The notes beneath the pieces are model-generated. The model ran no database searches and was not told where the DNA came from. It saw only the letters and a list, made by a program, of their open reading frames with translations. A program made the translations under genes and the position numbers. This document shows positions 1 to 16,139 of a stretch of DNA of 64,000 nt, one piece after another. Positions within the stretch are counted from its first letter, which is position 1, and every line of letters starts with the position of its first letter. This DNA comes from the human T2T-CHM13v2.0 reference genome, Homo sapiens, in the NCBI RefSeq assembly GCF_009914755.1, contig NC_060944.1. One strand, written 5' to 3'.

Positions 1-320
1 ATGCCTTAATCAATACACGACAGGAAACATCTGGAATCTCTCCCTTCTTTGCACTGAATCTTGCCAAAATAAAAAGTTAAACTTACTTTGATCAGTCAAT
101 CAAATCAACATGAGATTACATTAGTCTGGCAATTTTTTTCATTTTAAAAAACCCTCTAAATCTGTGTTTGTGAACACAGGAATTCATTCTTGCTCTGTTC
201 TGTCTCTGAAACCTTGATGCTTTTGTTAAGGATGGTTTTGTGTCTGTTCTTCACTCTGCAAAATTTGCCTCTGGCCAAAATCAAGAATTAGCTGACTTAA
301 TTCCACCTAAAATCAGCTGA

Positions 321-654
<334 letters not shown>

Positions 655-1109
655 TGATTTTCACTGCTTCTGAGAAAATCTTCGGAAAGCAGAGGAGATT
701 ATTTTAAGAGCAATGGGATCTGGAGTTGCCAAAGAGCCTGCGATTCCCCCTGGTTAATCTATCTGTCTGGTAACAGAAAAGACTTAACCGTGGAAGGGAG
801 ACACCCTGACCTAAGCCAAGGTGGCCCTCTCAGTTTCTTTTGTAATAGCTGTACTGTCAACAGAGGCACGCAGCCCCAGGCCACTTTCTAAGACCCAAAC
901 CAGCCAGATATCTCTTTGACAACATCTATAGCTCTGCCTACACCACCCAATTCATGGAGAGAGAGTTTCTAAGTAATTTGCTACAAGAAGTAGATGTCTT
1001 CACTCCTGTGAGGCTGGCTGGAACGTAGGTGGGAGGCGGCCACTGGGACATCAGATCAAGTTTGGTTTCTCCCTGATCACGGGCCGTTAGCAAATTTGAA
1101 AGATTTCTT

Positions 1110-1423
<314 letters not shown>

Positions 1424-1704
1424 GATTTCTTAAGCAATCATTCCTACTCAATATGGTTGGACAAATTTAAAACCTGAATTCTGAGTCACGTAGTATCTAG
1501 AGCCTCACAGAAAGAGACTGGAATACAAATTTCATAACTTGACACATTTGTGGGAGATACCTGGAGTTGGTAAGAACCTAAAGAAAGGGGCTGCTCATAG
1601 ACTATGGAAATAAAAATTGGTATTGCCTTAAACAAAAGAGGCTCCACAATGTTCATCAAAATGTAAAAGCACACATAGTCTTTGCTCAGAAATTCTGTTT
1701 AGAG

Positions 1705-2380
<676 letters not shown>

Positions 2381-3127
2381 GTTTTCTAGGAATGTATTCT
2401 AAGGAAACTATAGAAAAGCAATGCCCATCACTGAAGGACTGGTTAATGAATGATGAGGCCATTTAGAAGTATTCTGCAGAGCTATAGAGAAGGATGTCTA
2501 TTGCTGGACAGAGATGACCATCATTGTTTTTACTTTTTTGGTTTTTACTTTTTTTGGTCCTTCTGCTAAAAAGTCACCTGCCACCTACACTGCTTGATGT
2601 TGCTGATTCTTGCAAGATGTGCTTTCTGTATTATTCAGAAATATTCAATGCTGATATCAAGAGCAATAAAAACAAATGGAATGAAAGAAATTCATAAGAA
2701 GTGTTAATTATAGATAGTGAGTGAGTTAGGGAGGCATGAGCATGCTGGATGCAGGCAGAATAGAGGGGCAAGTGTGCTAGGCATAGAGAATAGGGTGGGA
2801 GAGTGAGTGTTATTTGTAGATAAGAAGAAATGGGAGGCCCCAGCAAACCTGAAAGATTCAGAAGACACTGATCCCATCTCCTTGAAATTGACAGTTGTGC
2901 CTTTTGTAAATTCTGGCCCCAGATGTCGTCGGCCCAAGATTGACAGATGAAATCGGTGGCTGCTCGGCAGGTTCTCTGTGAGTTACAGCTGCGTGCAGAT
3001 GTTCTCCCCCAACTCTATGCAGAGCCAGGTGTGCGTTGGCTCCAGGCACCTCCTGGGTGCTGAGTCCATTGCCCACCCTCAGCTCTGGTCCTTGTAACCA
3101 CACTGTCAGCGAGGAAAGTGATGATGC

Positions 3128-3262
3128 AGGAAGAGAGAGAGAGAGAGAAAGGGAGGGAAGGAGGGAGGGAGGAGGGAAGGAAGGAAGGGAGGGAGAAAGA
3201 AAGAGAGAGAGAAAGAAAGAAAGAAAGAGAGAGAGAGAAAGAGAGAGAGAGAAAGAAAGGAA

Positions 3263-3311
<49 letters not shown>

Positions 3312-3332
3312 AGAAAGAAAGAAAGAAAGAAA
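3128..3332 (+). repeat. Polypurine compound microsatellite (GA)n/(GGAA)n/(GAAA)n
   Basis: Essentially only A and G on the + strand. Confidence 0.98.
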
Positions 3333-3334
3333 GG

Positions 3335-3881
<547 letters not shown>

Positions 3882-4320
3882 TTAAGTGTTAACCCACCCC
3901 AAATCACTCCCCTTGCTTCTTATGGTATGTTTTAGATTAATTCAATGAATTATGAAATGAGGGAGTTGTAAATTGGTCTGTGAGCCTTTCTGTCCTATGG
4001 CCTCTGGGGCAGCCTACCAGGCAGTGTTCTTGGGAGTCCCCATTACTGCGAGGTAATTCCCCACGGTGAAAGTCTAGGCGCCAGCACTCAGGAGCCCTGT
4101 GGGGGCTGCTCTCGGTTGCCCAGCCTATTCTCTATGGAGTGGCCTGGGAGAGAGGTATCTTACTCTGGGGTTGTCAAATATAAAAGCTTAAAGTTGTCCA
4201 TTGGGCAAATCACGTGGCCAGCCCCAAGCCAAAGGCAGGGAAGGTCACTCTGTCCCCCACGAGGCCCTAGCAATGGTGTGGTTTCTTGGCACTCTACATT
4301 AAAGGGAAGCTTCTACGAAA

Positions 4321-4542
4321 AGGGTTCATAACCATGGCACCACTGACATCTGGTCCTGGAGAATTCTCCATGGTGGGGCCTGTCCTGGGCATTGTAGGAC
4401 ATTTGGCAGCATCTCTGGCCTCTACCCATTAGTTGCCAGTTACATCCTCACTCTTCCCACCTCATTGTGATGACCAAAAACATCTCCAGACATTCCCAAA
4501 TGTTTCCTGGCAGGCAAAATTGCCTGTAGTTGAGAACCACAG
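4321..4542 (-). mobile_element. MER20 hAT-Charlie MITE
   Basis: Reverse MER20: gcagcatctctggcctctaccc, accaaaaacatctccagacatt, ttgagaaccac. Confidence 0.9.
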
Positions 4543-5152
4543 ACTTAGACCATTTATTTGCTCTATAGACTAAGGTGCAGTCACCTCATTTCAGCCCTCC
4601 TTGCCTGTATTTTCTTTCTAGGTCAGATGGCCCTGCCATGTGGTGCACACATGCTATTCTCCAGGTGCCTGCTTGGACCCAAGTGGGAGCCCAGCCAGGC
4701 AGTGCCCTGTTGCTCACACCTGTCATCCCTCCATGGAGGCAGATCAGACACTCAGCAAAATATTCACCTTGAAAAAGCAACAGTGATGACTGGCTTGGGT
4801 TTTCCCAGTTTTATTCATGTCTTAAATGTCTTGCCTTAGTGTTTCTGTTAAGTGAGTTGATTTGGGATTTGAGAAATAGAGTCAGATTTTGTGTGACTCC
4901 TGACCCCACCACTAACTCCTCACTGAATTTGGGCAAATGAATTCACCTAACTTGCAAATATGAAATGAGGCACAATGGCCTGCCCTCATAGTGTGATGGC
5001 ACCGGGTCAGTGTGAAGGGCTGAGACCATGACCCGAGGGTGAGTGCCCACCACGGGTTAGCCAGGAGCCCCCAAGCCTCTGCAGGAGACAGGCCGCACCA
5101 CCCTAGTCCTCACATCAGGATCTGATGGGAACACAAAGACCTGCCTACACCA

Positions 5153-5267
5153 AGATGGGGTTTCTCCATGTTTGCCAGGCTGGTCTTGAACTCCCGGCCT
5201 CAGGTGACCCACCTGCCTTGGCCTCCCAAAGTGCTGGGACTACAGGCGTAAGCCACCGCGCCCAGGC
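5153..5267 (-). mobile_element. Alu left-arm fragment (AluS-like), no tail
   Basis: Left monomer only, cut before the A-rich linker. Confidence 0.9.
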
Positions 5268-5466
5268 TGAAATACTTTAAACTATTCCCAGCAGTACCTC
5301 TGGTGTCTTAGGTATCTTCTTCTAGGGCAGAGGCCAGATTTGGTCCTTGGCTTTAGAATTCCAGAGCCCTGAGTACGAACCAGCCCCATCCCTCACTGGC
5401 TAGAGAACTGGAGTTTCTCTGAGCTTCACTGCTCCATAAAAACAGAGCAATAACAGCCATACCTTG

Positions 5467-5468
5467 CT

Positions 5469-5503
<35 letters not shown>

Positions 5504-5506
5504 TTT
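5467..5506 (+). repeat. (TTTA)n microsatellite inside a MIR remnant
   Basis: About 10 TTTA units. Confidence 0.95.
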
Positions 5507-6069
5507 GAAGAATCAGTAAAAGAATGCAATAAAAATGCCTGGCATAATACACGGCAAACTCCCCAAAATGCTCCTGAAGGTGCTTTTACAACTCACACAC
5601 TTTTTAAAAGAAAATATAAGACTCCCGCATTCCAACGTCAGCAGTTACAACTGATAAACCAATATTTGCCTTAACCTCTAGCTTCCCTTTCCCTGCAAGG
5701 AAACATCGGAGCTTCTCAACTGGGCCAAACACACTATGGGCTGTGGTTTAAAAACAAGAAAAAACAAAGCTAAATCCCTAACCAAAAGGATCTGGGGGTG
5801 GGGGGTTGTTTTTTCCTGAGGGATTTTGCTAATGCCACTCAAAAAGGAAGCCCATGCAGGCAAGAAGACACAGTCACAGGGAGGGTGTTGTCACTGTGTT
5901 TAAATCGCTGAAGGACGTATTTATTCAGGCAGAAGGAGGGGAGAAAATGTAATGGTGGAGGAAAATATACTCATCCTCCTTCCTTTGATCTTCCCACATT
6001 ATCGGCCCAGCTCATAAGAGAGAGCCTGAAGTGACAGGCTGAGAGGTTGCTGGGGTGGTTTTGTGGAGA

Positions 6070-6315
6070 CAGTTTAGTAGAGTCATTAAGATGGGGCCAG
6101 ACTGGCCAGTATTCAAGTCCTAGTTCTGTGGCTTCCTAGCTGTGTGACCTTGCACACGTGGTTAAGCCTCTCTGTGCTTTCATTTTTTTTTTTAATTTAG
6201 AGAAATAATTGATGCCCATCTTATAATAGGAATGCTGTGGTGATGAAGGGAGAGAATTCACAGACCATCTTAGCCTGATAGTTGGCACATAGACTGTGTT
6301 TTAAAAATATTAGCT
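6070..6315 (+). mobile_element. MIR SINE
   Basis: ttcaagtcctagttctg...gctgtgtgaccttg...cctctctgtgctttca...tggcacatag. Confidence 0.8.
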
Positions 6316-6429
6316 ATTGTCTGATACTTCTTCCTTTACATGACAAATTGGCTTCATGCATGAACACTGAACTTTTTCCTCGTGAAAACAGATGCTTAGT
6401 TTAAAAGGGGGGTGTGTGTAATAGCAGAG

Positions 6430-7000
<571 letters not shown>

Positions 7001-7080
7001 TGATATTGATTATACTAGAACATGAACTTATTCTCACTTTTAGAGAGCTGGCCCTCAGCAATAAGAGTAATAAAAGTAGG

Positions 7081-7607
<527 letters not shown>

Positions 7608-7959
7608 CTACAATAGATTTGTTACCTAATTTTATAGGGGAGGAAAACGAGCGCACTACGGGGTAAAGGAGGTCACCCAAGATCTCAAGTTCACGAGTGG
7701 CAGCCTGGATTCAAGTCCCTGCCTGCCTCCAGAACCTGAGCTCTGAAACGCTGGACTAATCAGAACCTCTTGGCCCTGAAAAATGAGGCCTATTGAACAA
7801 AGACATTTGTGAGAAAAGGGACTATTACAACCTAGTGTAAAGTAACAAGCAAATAAAAAATGAAATGGCACAACTCCTCCCCACGCTCCGAACTCTCGAC
7901 CCTCCTTCATGGTTCTGCATAGCCCTCACCCTGCAACACACACACCATTTGTATATTGC

Positions 7960-8095
7960 TCACTCTCTGTCTTCCTCCACTAGAATGCAAGCTTCCTAGA
8001 GCAGGCCTCTGCTGTTTTGTGCCTCTAGTCCACAAGGAGAGTGTACTGGTGCCCTGTGGACACGAGGTAAGTGTTAAATGAATGAGTAGATGCAT
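7960..8095 (+). mobile_element. L2 3' end fragment
   Basis: ctagaatgcaagcttcc...gttaaatgaatgag. Confidence 0.7.
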
Positions 8096-8099
8096 CGCT

Positions 8100-9380
8100 T
8101 TACTTTCACCTTAACCCTGAAAGCGGTTAGCCACTAGCTGGGCCACAAGGATCGGGCTGGGGAGCCTTGTAGCCTGTAGCTGGTGATTGATGTTGAGGAC
8201 AAAGTCAACTGGCATCCGGGAAAGCCTGGGTTTGAGAGAAAAGAAGCCGCAACTGCCATATTGCTTCCCGTATAGTAACCACCAAACACTTGCAATGAAC
8301 TAGATGACGACTTGGTAAATCTGGAAGCTAAATTTCTTTTGGCGGCAGACTGAAAGGCTTGGCAGCTTCTAGCTGTGTAAATTAAAACAATAAGCTGTTT
8401 TCTTAAAAATAACATTTCTAAATATGCATACCCTTGAATTAACATCCAGCTCATGAGACCGTCAACAGAAGACAGGGACCCTGGCTGCATGCCCCGTGAG
8501 CGCCCCTGCTGCAGTGAGAGCCACTGCTGACCTTTCCAGAGTGTCCTAGGGAGAGCAGCAGCACCCAGCAAGGCTCTCTCTCCAGGGCCTTGACGCATGT
8601 GGGTTGGACATGGCCAGTTACTGCCACTGTAGCCAGGCACCGAGGACTGATGGCCAAAAAAAAAAAAAAGAAAAGAAAAAAAGTTGGTTGCAGCTGTAGT
8701 TAATTTACTTTTGATTAGTCTAACCTTTCCCCCTATGAGGAAGTTGTTTAGCAGGAGGGGAAAATGCGGTCACAATATTGTTTTATGACTGTTTATCTTT
8801 AGAGTCCAAGCGATGCTGATTGCAAATATTTATGCACATTTTTAAAAATCTCAGCTAATGCTTGGAATGTGTTTTTTTTAAAAAAGAGTGAAATCAGATT
8901 TCGGGTGGATCTAGCCATTTTGGAGGATTTCAAAGTCATAACCCGGTTTCCCCTACCGGCCCACTGGGACTAATGGCATCAATGCAGCAATTAAGCGAAC
9001 GGGATCGAAATACAGAATGTGACCGCTCTGTGTGGCTTTGGAAGGCTTGTGTCGGTTTTAAATGTACATTATTAATGGCCAGCCTAGAAATCTAAGTCCA
9101 GGCATATATTATATTAAAGAAAAGAACCTCTGAATGAGAAAACTTTGCATTTCTGCTAGAAATGCTGCTTTCCTCTGAGAGAAACCATCAGCCACGTGTC
9201 AAAAAAAAAAGCTCTAGATGCAATTTCCTCACCTCCCAAGTAGCCACTGTGGTCGAGGCTGCCACCCTGAGCTGAAAGAGCTCCATGCCTCTTCTAATTC
9301 TTTGCTTCTCTCCAGCGGTGCTTGTGCCTGCTGGTTTGGTGTCTGGTTATGTTCTTTAGCCTCTTAAGATAATGCGCGGA
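8100..9380. promoter_or_regulatory. Repeat-free island, candidate developmental enhancer
   Basis: No recognisable TE; TGATTGAT at 8184, TTTTATGAC at 8781, TGTTTAT at 8790, TAATGG sites near 8971 and 9074. Confidence 0.4.
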
Positions 9381-9544
9381 TGTCAAGGAGCCTCATGTCA
9401 TGGGGAGCTCTTTGGCTTCAGGGTTACATGGATTGGGGTTTGAATCCCAGTTTTGCCAGTTTTACTGTGGCTGTACAGAAAGCGATTTAACTTCTCAAAT
9501 TCTGTGTCCTCTCTATAAAATGGGGGAAAATGATACTCACTCAG

Positions 9545-10520
<976 letters not shown>

Positions 10521-10539
10521 CAGGACCATCTTGCAATAT

Positions 10540-11767
10540 CGACTCAGTTAATGTTGCCTGTGTACCTGCTGTGTGCCATGAAGCCTCCTGAACAGAGGGA
10601 CACCAGGGTGAGCACAACGGACACGGTCCCTGTCCTCAAGGACTTTCACAGGGGAGGGGTGGGGGAGACCGTCAACAAGCACATGAATAAATGTGCAAGG
10701 TTGTTTCAGAGGTTGATGGAGACAGAGACTGCAGGGAGGGTGGGCTGCGGCTGCTCTAGGGACAGCAGACAAGGTCTGAGCCAGGATCTGAGCCAAGATC
10801 TAATGAAAAGACAAGAAGTCCATCCTTTGTGGGATGCTCCAGAGGAAGAATGCTGAAGGGTGAGAGAATGGCGAGTTCAGAGAACTGGAGGCTGCTGTGA
10901 CCAGGACCCTTGGGGTCACCAAAGGAAGACCTGAGAGGATTAAGGGGAGAGATGGATTTGGAGAATAAAGAACTAGATCATTAATGGCCTCTTTGGCCAC
11001 AAAAAGGAGTTTGGAGTTTGCTTTCAGTGTTTTGGGAAGCCCTTGGTGGGTTTCCACAGGGGAGCGTCGTGTGATCTGATTTGAGCAGCTGGTGAAGTTT
11101 GCAGTATTGTGTGGCAGAGGTTCCTTTGATATCTGTTATCCCATTTCTCTGAGAAAAATAAGCACTGAATTTTGACTGGGCACACCTGGCCACCAGGAGT
11201 AAGAACCACATTTCCCAAGCATTAATACTAAGTTCTGGTAATGGGATGGAAATGGGAATATTACATATGATTTCCAAAAAATGTCCTTGAGGAGAGGGAA
11301 TATGCCCTTTGACTCCCTCCTCTCTTCCTGCTGGCTCTAATGCAGACACATGCTTGGGGTTTGGGCAATCATTCGGGGGTAAGAGGTGTGAGTCATGAGC
11401 AGAGGATGGCTGAGCAGCTAGAAAGAAGAGACCTGAGGACCCCAGAGCTACTCTATCAGCCCTGGCTTGCTTTCCTCTAGAAAGAGATAAATCCACTGTA
11501 TACCACTCATGTCATTGTTATTTGGGGGTTTCAACTACTTGCAGCCAAACCTGACTATATCTGATTGAGGGGGCAAGAATAGAAACAAAAGGACCAGTTA
11601 GGAAGTGGATGTGTCCTTCCATGCAATAAGGGGTGTTGGCTCCAACTAGGCAGAGTAGCAATGGAAGTAGGAGGAAGGGGCTGGATTTGAGAAATATCTC
11701 AAATCCAGAACATTTGGAGGGCTTCCTGATGCATTGGCTGTGACTGGTCAGGGAAAGAAAGGATTCA
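10540..11767 (-). mobile_element. L2 fragments with a MaLR (MLT1-type) LTR remnant inserted at about 11105-11560
   Basis: gtccctgtcctcaag, gggaagcccttggtgggttt, gctggatttgagaaatat; MLT1-like end gggtttcaactacttgcagccaaac. Confidence 0.6.
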
Positions 11768-12028
11768 GAAGGCCAAGGCGGGTGGATCACGAGGTCAGGA
11801 GATCGAGACCATCCGGGCTAACACGGTGAAACCCCGTCTATACTAAAAAATACAAAAAATTAGCTGGGCGTGGTGGCAGGCACCTGTAGTCCCAGCTACT
11901 CAGGAGGCTGAGACAGAAGAATGGCATGGACACAGCAGGCAGAGTTTGCAGTGAGCCGAGATCGCACCACTGCACTCCAGCCTGGGCGACAGAGTGAGAC
12001 GCAGTCTCAAAAAAAAAAAAAAAAGAAA
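11768..12028 (+). mobile_element. 5'-truncated AluY-like element
   Basis: Begins at GGCCAAGGCGGG (first ~45 nt missing); TSD aaagaaaggattca at 11754-11767 and 12029-12042. Confidence 0.93.
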
Positions 12029-12300
12029 AAAGAAAGGATTCATAGGTAATTTCAATTTTGCTTGCATGAAACAGTGGGTGGGCCAGGCTGCCCCACTGAG
12101 TAGACGACGAATCAGAGAAAAAAGGCATGACAAGACGCACAAAAATGTTAATTCTCAAAATTGTAGTTCATTTTTTCACAGATTGCCCTTAAAGTAGTAA
12201 AATACATTTAGTTCATTCACCAGAGATTTGTTGAGCAGCTACTCTGTGCCAAACACTGGGTATACAGCAAGAGATGAAGCAAACATGCCCCTGCCCTGAT

Positions 12301-12358
12301 GGAAGGTGGTGTCTGGAAGGTCGTGTCTGGAAGGTCGTATCTGGAAGGTCGTGTCTGG
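12301..12358 (+). repeat. 14-bp tandem repeat x4 (GGAAGGTCGTGTCT)
   Basis: Units start at 12301, 12315, 12329 and 12343. Confidence 0.95.
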
Positions 12359-12515
12359 TGGATTCATCTGCTGGTGGCTGGACCCTTTGGGCATTTCTGA
12401 AATCGACTGTGACACTGGATAGGTCTTTTCACCTCACCAAGTCTCAGTCTGACTTTCTGTAAAATGTGTTTAGGGCAGGTATCTGCTTGCCAGGGCTGCA
12501 CAGGAAAGGCCCTCG

Positions 12516-13220
12516 CTGTGGGTGAAATGCGTGTGTCCCTCCAAAATTCATATGCTGGAACCTAACCCCCAGTGTGATAGTATTAAGTGGGGAGGCCCTT
12601 GGGGAGTGACTAAGTCATGAGGGCTCCACCCTGGTGAATAGGATGAGGCTGTTCTGTTCTTCTGTTCTTCTCCCTCGTGAAGAAGCAACAAGAAGGCATC
12701 ATCTTGGAAGCAGAAAGCAAACCCTCATTGAACCTGCTGGCGCCTGGATCGTGGGCTCCCCAGCCTTAGAACCGTAAGCAATACATTTTTCTTTTTTTCT
12801 TTTCTTTTCTTTCTTTCTCTCTCTCTCTCTTTTTTTTTTTTTTTTTTTTTTTTTGAAGCGGAGTCTCGCTCTGTTGCCCAGGCTGGAGTGCATTGGTGTG
12901 ATCTCGGCTCACTGCAACCTCCACCTTCCGGGTTCAAGCACTTATCCCTGCCTCGGCTTCCCGAGTAGCTGGGATTGCAGGCGCCCCACACCACGCCCGA
13001 TTTTTTTTTTATTTTTTATTTTTTTGTAGTTTTAGTAGAGACAGAGTTTCTCCATGTTGGCTAGGCTGGTCTAGAACTCTAAATCTCAGGTGATCCACCC
13101 GCCTCGGCCTCCCAAAGTGCTGGGATTACAGGCGTGAGCCACCGCACCCAGCCTACATTTCTATTATTTATAAATGACCCAGTCTGTAGTATTTTGTTAT
13201 AGCAGCAGAAATGGACCAAT
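12516..13220 (+). mobile_element. MST/MLT1A-type ERVL-MaLR solo LTR, interrupted by an Alu
   Basis: tgtccctccaaaattcatatg, catcttggaagcaga, tattttgttatagcagc. Confidence 0.85.
12790..13153 (-). mobile_element. AluSx-like with a long T/CT tail
   Basis: Reverse Alu consensus; TSD tacattt. Confidence 0.95.
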
Positions 13221-13408
13221 GGTGCTTAAAGTAGCAGGTGGTAGTATTACAGGCCTGTCATCTGGGTGTGAAATACTAGAATTTCAGCAAATATGCAAGT
13301 GCCTGGGATTGATAGGATAGGACATTAGAAATCTAGACAGTTTCAGTCTAGGCGTAGGGTGCTCCTCCTGGCCCAGCTGCATACAGGGAGGGGGTCGTGA
13401 TGTGCTAG

Positions 13409-13440
13409 TGCTGTGCGGGGCACACCCTCTAGGGGGCAAG
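13409..13440 (+). promoter_or_regulatory. CTCF-like motif (forward)
   Basis: CCTCTAGGGGGCA at 13426-13438, with TGCTG 12 nt upstream resembling the upstream module. Confidence 0.35.
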
Positions 13441-13479
13441 CCCAGCCACCGTCTACCTGCAGCCACGTTTCTGAGGCAA

Positions 13480-13760
13480 GCACCTGACTCTGGACACATG
13501 TGATTGGTCCAGAGGTGGGCACCTGACCCAAGCTGGGCCAATCAGGCCTCTCTGTTGGGATTGTGGTTGGAGACAGCTGGTCTATCCTTGAGGCTGCCGG
13601 CCTATGACTTGCAAACTCCTAGTAGAGGGACAGTGCCTTTACTTGGATCAAGCAGTAATCAGTGTGGCTAAGGTTGAAGTCTGCAAATGTCTGATTCTGA
13701 AGCCCATGGTGTTAACCACCCTGTGTCCTGCTGCTTCTGGTACCCAGATCAGATTTCTCT
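13480..13760 (+). mobile_element. ERVL LTR remnant (LTR16/LTR33 group)
   Basis: gtgattggtccagaggtgggcacctgacccaagctgggccaatcag. Confidence 0.6.
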
Positions 13761-14304
13761 TTTCTCTGCAGGGAGGAAGCACACATCCTCTTCACTGCGT
13801 ATTCTTTCTTCTTCTTCACACCGTCCCCAGTTATTGGAGTGCTGCAGAAAACGTGTAGCCAGGCACATGTCAATGACACGTTTCAGCAGGGTGCCTCCTC
13901 AGATATGGGATTTCCAGGTCAAGCAGTGTGTGATTCTGATATTTGCTGAAATTGCCCTCTAGGTTAATCTGTATTTAAATCGAATCCTGAAGCAGAAATG
14001 GTCAAAACAATTCTTGGTTATACTTATTTAGAAGACATGGGCAATGAATGAAACCAAACAAACAAACAAAATCTCTTCCCCCAAGCCCCTAACCCCTCAG
14101 CTGGAATTCACGGAGCTCTGCTGAATTATTGCTGGTTTTTAAATCACTGAATGTGGTTTGTGGAATTGTTCTCATAAATGGCAAAAATGTAACAAATGCA
14201 TACATAGTAACCAAGTAAATTGGCCTGTTAAGAAATAAAAAGGGTAATTAAAAGGGTACTCACAGTTCCAATCTGAAATAATATGATGAGAAGATTTTTA
14301 AAAC

Positions 14305-14480
14305 TACCATTTGTTGAGAGCTGTGATGTACAGAGTCTTCAGATGCATCTGATTTAATCTTCCTAGCAACTCCCAGGAACAGAGGCCATTATTATCCCCC
14401 ATTTTACAGACAAGAAGAACGAAGTTTACAGGGAAAGTGGCTTGCAGGGTTGGGTTTTGGACTACACGCAGCCTCTAAAA
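14305..14480 (-). mobile_element. MIR SINE
   Basis: tttaatcttcc...attatcccccattttacaga. Confidence 0.75.
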
Positions 14481-14574
14481 TCTCTCTCAAGGTACCTGCT
14501 TCTTCATAAGCTTCACATTCTCTTTAAAAGATACTCACAAAGAACATGAATGCTTTCTTTTGTAATATCAAAAG

Positions 14575-14746
14575 TAATAAACATAAAAAAACTAGCTGGG
14601 GGTGTGTGTGCTATGTGCCTGTGGGCCCAACTACTCAGGAGGCTGAGGCGGGAGGATCACTTGACCTCAGGAGATGGAGGCTGCAGTGAGCCGTGATCAT
14701 ATCGTGCTGTTGCACTCCATCCTGAGCAACAAAGCAAGGCTCTGTC
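14575..14746 (+). mobile_element. Alu right arm (AluJ/FRAM-like)
   Basis: Right monomer only. Confidence 0.88.
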
Positions 14747-14873
14747 AGAAGAAAGAAAGAGAGAAAGAGAAGAAAGAAAGAGAAGAGAGAAAGAGAAGAA
14801 AGAGAGAAAGGAGAAAAGGAAAGAAAGAGAGAAAGAAAGAAAGAAAAAAGAAAGAAAGAAAGAAAGAAAGAAA

Positions 14874-14909
<36 letters not shown>

Positions 14910-15045
14910 GAAAGAAAGAAAAAAGAAAAGAAAGGAAGGGAGGGGAAGGGAACGGAAGGGAAGGGAGGGGGAGGGGAGGGGGATGGGGGAGAGAAGGGGA
15001 AGGGGAGAAAGAAAGAAGAAGGAAAGAAAGAAAGAGAAAGAAAGT
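14747..15045 (+). repeat. Polypurine (GAAA)n/(GGGAA)n tract, about 300 bp
   Basis: Direct reading. Confidence 0.97.
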
Positions 15046-15784
15046 GATAGAGATGAAGAGAGTGTCATCTTCACACAATGAAGAAAGGAGTGATTAGATC
15101 ACAAACTTGGCCTTCCAGCCAGGCAACCCCACCTTCAGGACTTTCTCCCTCTGTGCATATCTGGTCTTCTGGTGTGGTTCCTGCACACATGGCTTCGGTC
15201 CTCCACACCACTGCCTGAGTGCGAGGTGCTCTGGGGTAGAGATGAAACGGCAGTATGCCCTACAACCTGCCCCTGCTCAAACAAAGGGCGGTTTTCACTT
15301 GCAAATGGTGGCTCCAGATTGACCAAAAATTAAAAAGCAGAAAAGCAAGAGTTGGCCAGTTTGCAATGGAAAAACCACTCTCTGAACATCGGAAACATTC
15401 TGTGCAGTGTTAAAGAGCATTCTCCTAAATGAAGAATTGACTTGTCTGTTTAATGTAGCTTTTTCTTGATTTTTCTTGATGCCACTCATAGCAAGTGGTA
15501 TTTTTCAAAAATTATGATCTGTCTGAAACTGATACACTCAGGCTTGGTGGTTGGACTGGCCACTGATAATTGGAAACAGGAACTGTGCAAGCGGCATTCT
15601 TCAAGGGAAGAGCAAGGAAAGGCAAACACACACATTCCCGGAGGACTTGTGACAAACAAGGATGGCTCGGGTCTGGTTTTCAACCCACAGGCTCAAGACT
15701 TTTATTCCTTTTGAATTTAAAAGACCAGATGTTGGTGAGTATTGGATGTCCAATGTCACTGTCAACTGCCAAGAATGTCCAGTT

Positions 15785-16085
<301 letters not shown>

Positions 16086-16139
16086 GATGTCCAGTTGTTG
16101 CAGCAAGTCCTGAGAGGCAACAAGGTGGGCAGAACTTCC

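Noticed and set aside
8134-8640. 168-aa minus-strand ORF in a unique island
   Set aside because: Non-ATG start, no recognisable domain and no splice support; the motif content points to regulatory DNA
8656-8682. Isolated poly-A tract as the tail of a processed pseudogene
   Set aside because: No upstream AATAAA, TSD or recognisable mRNA body
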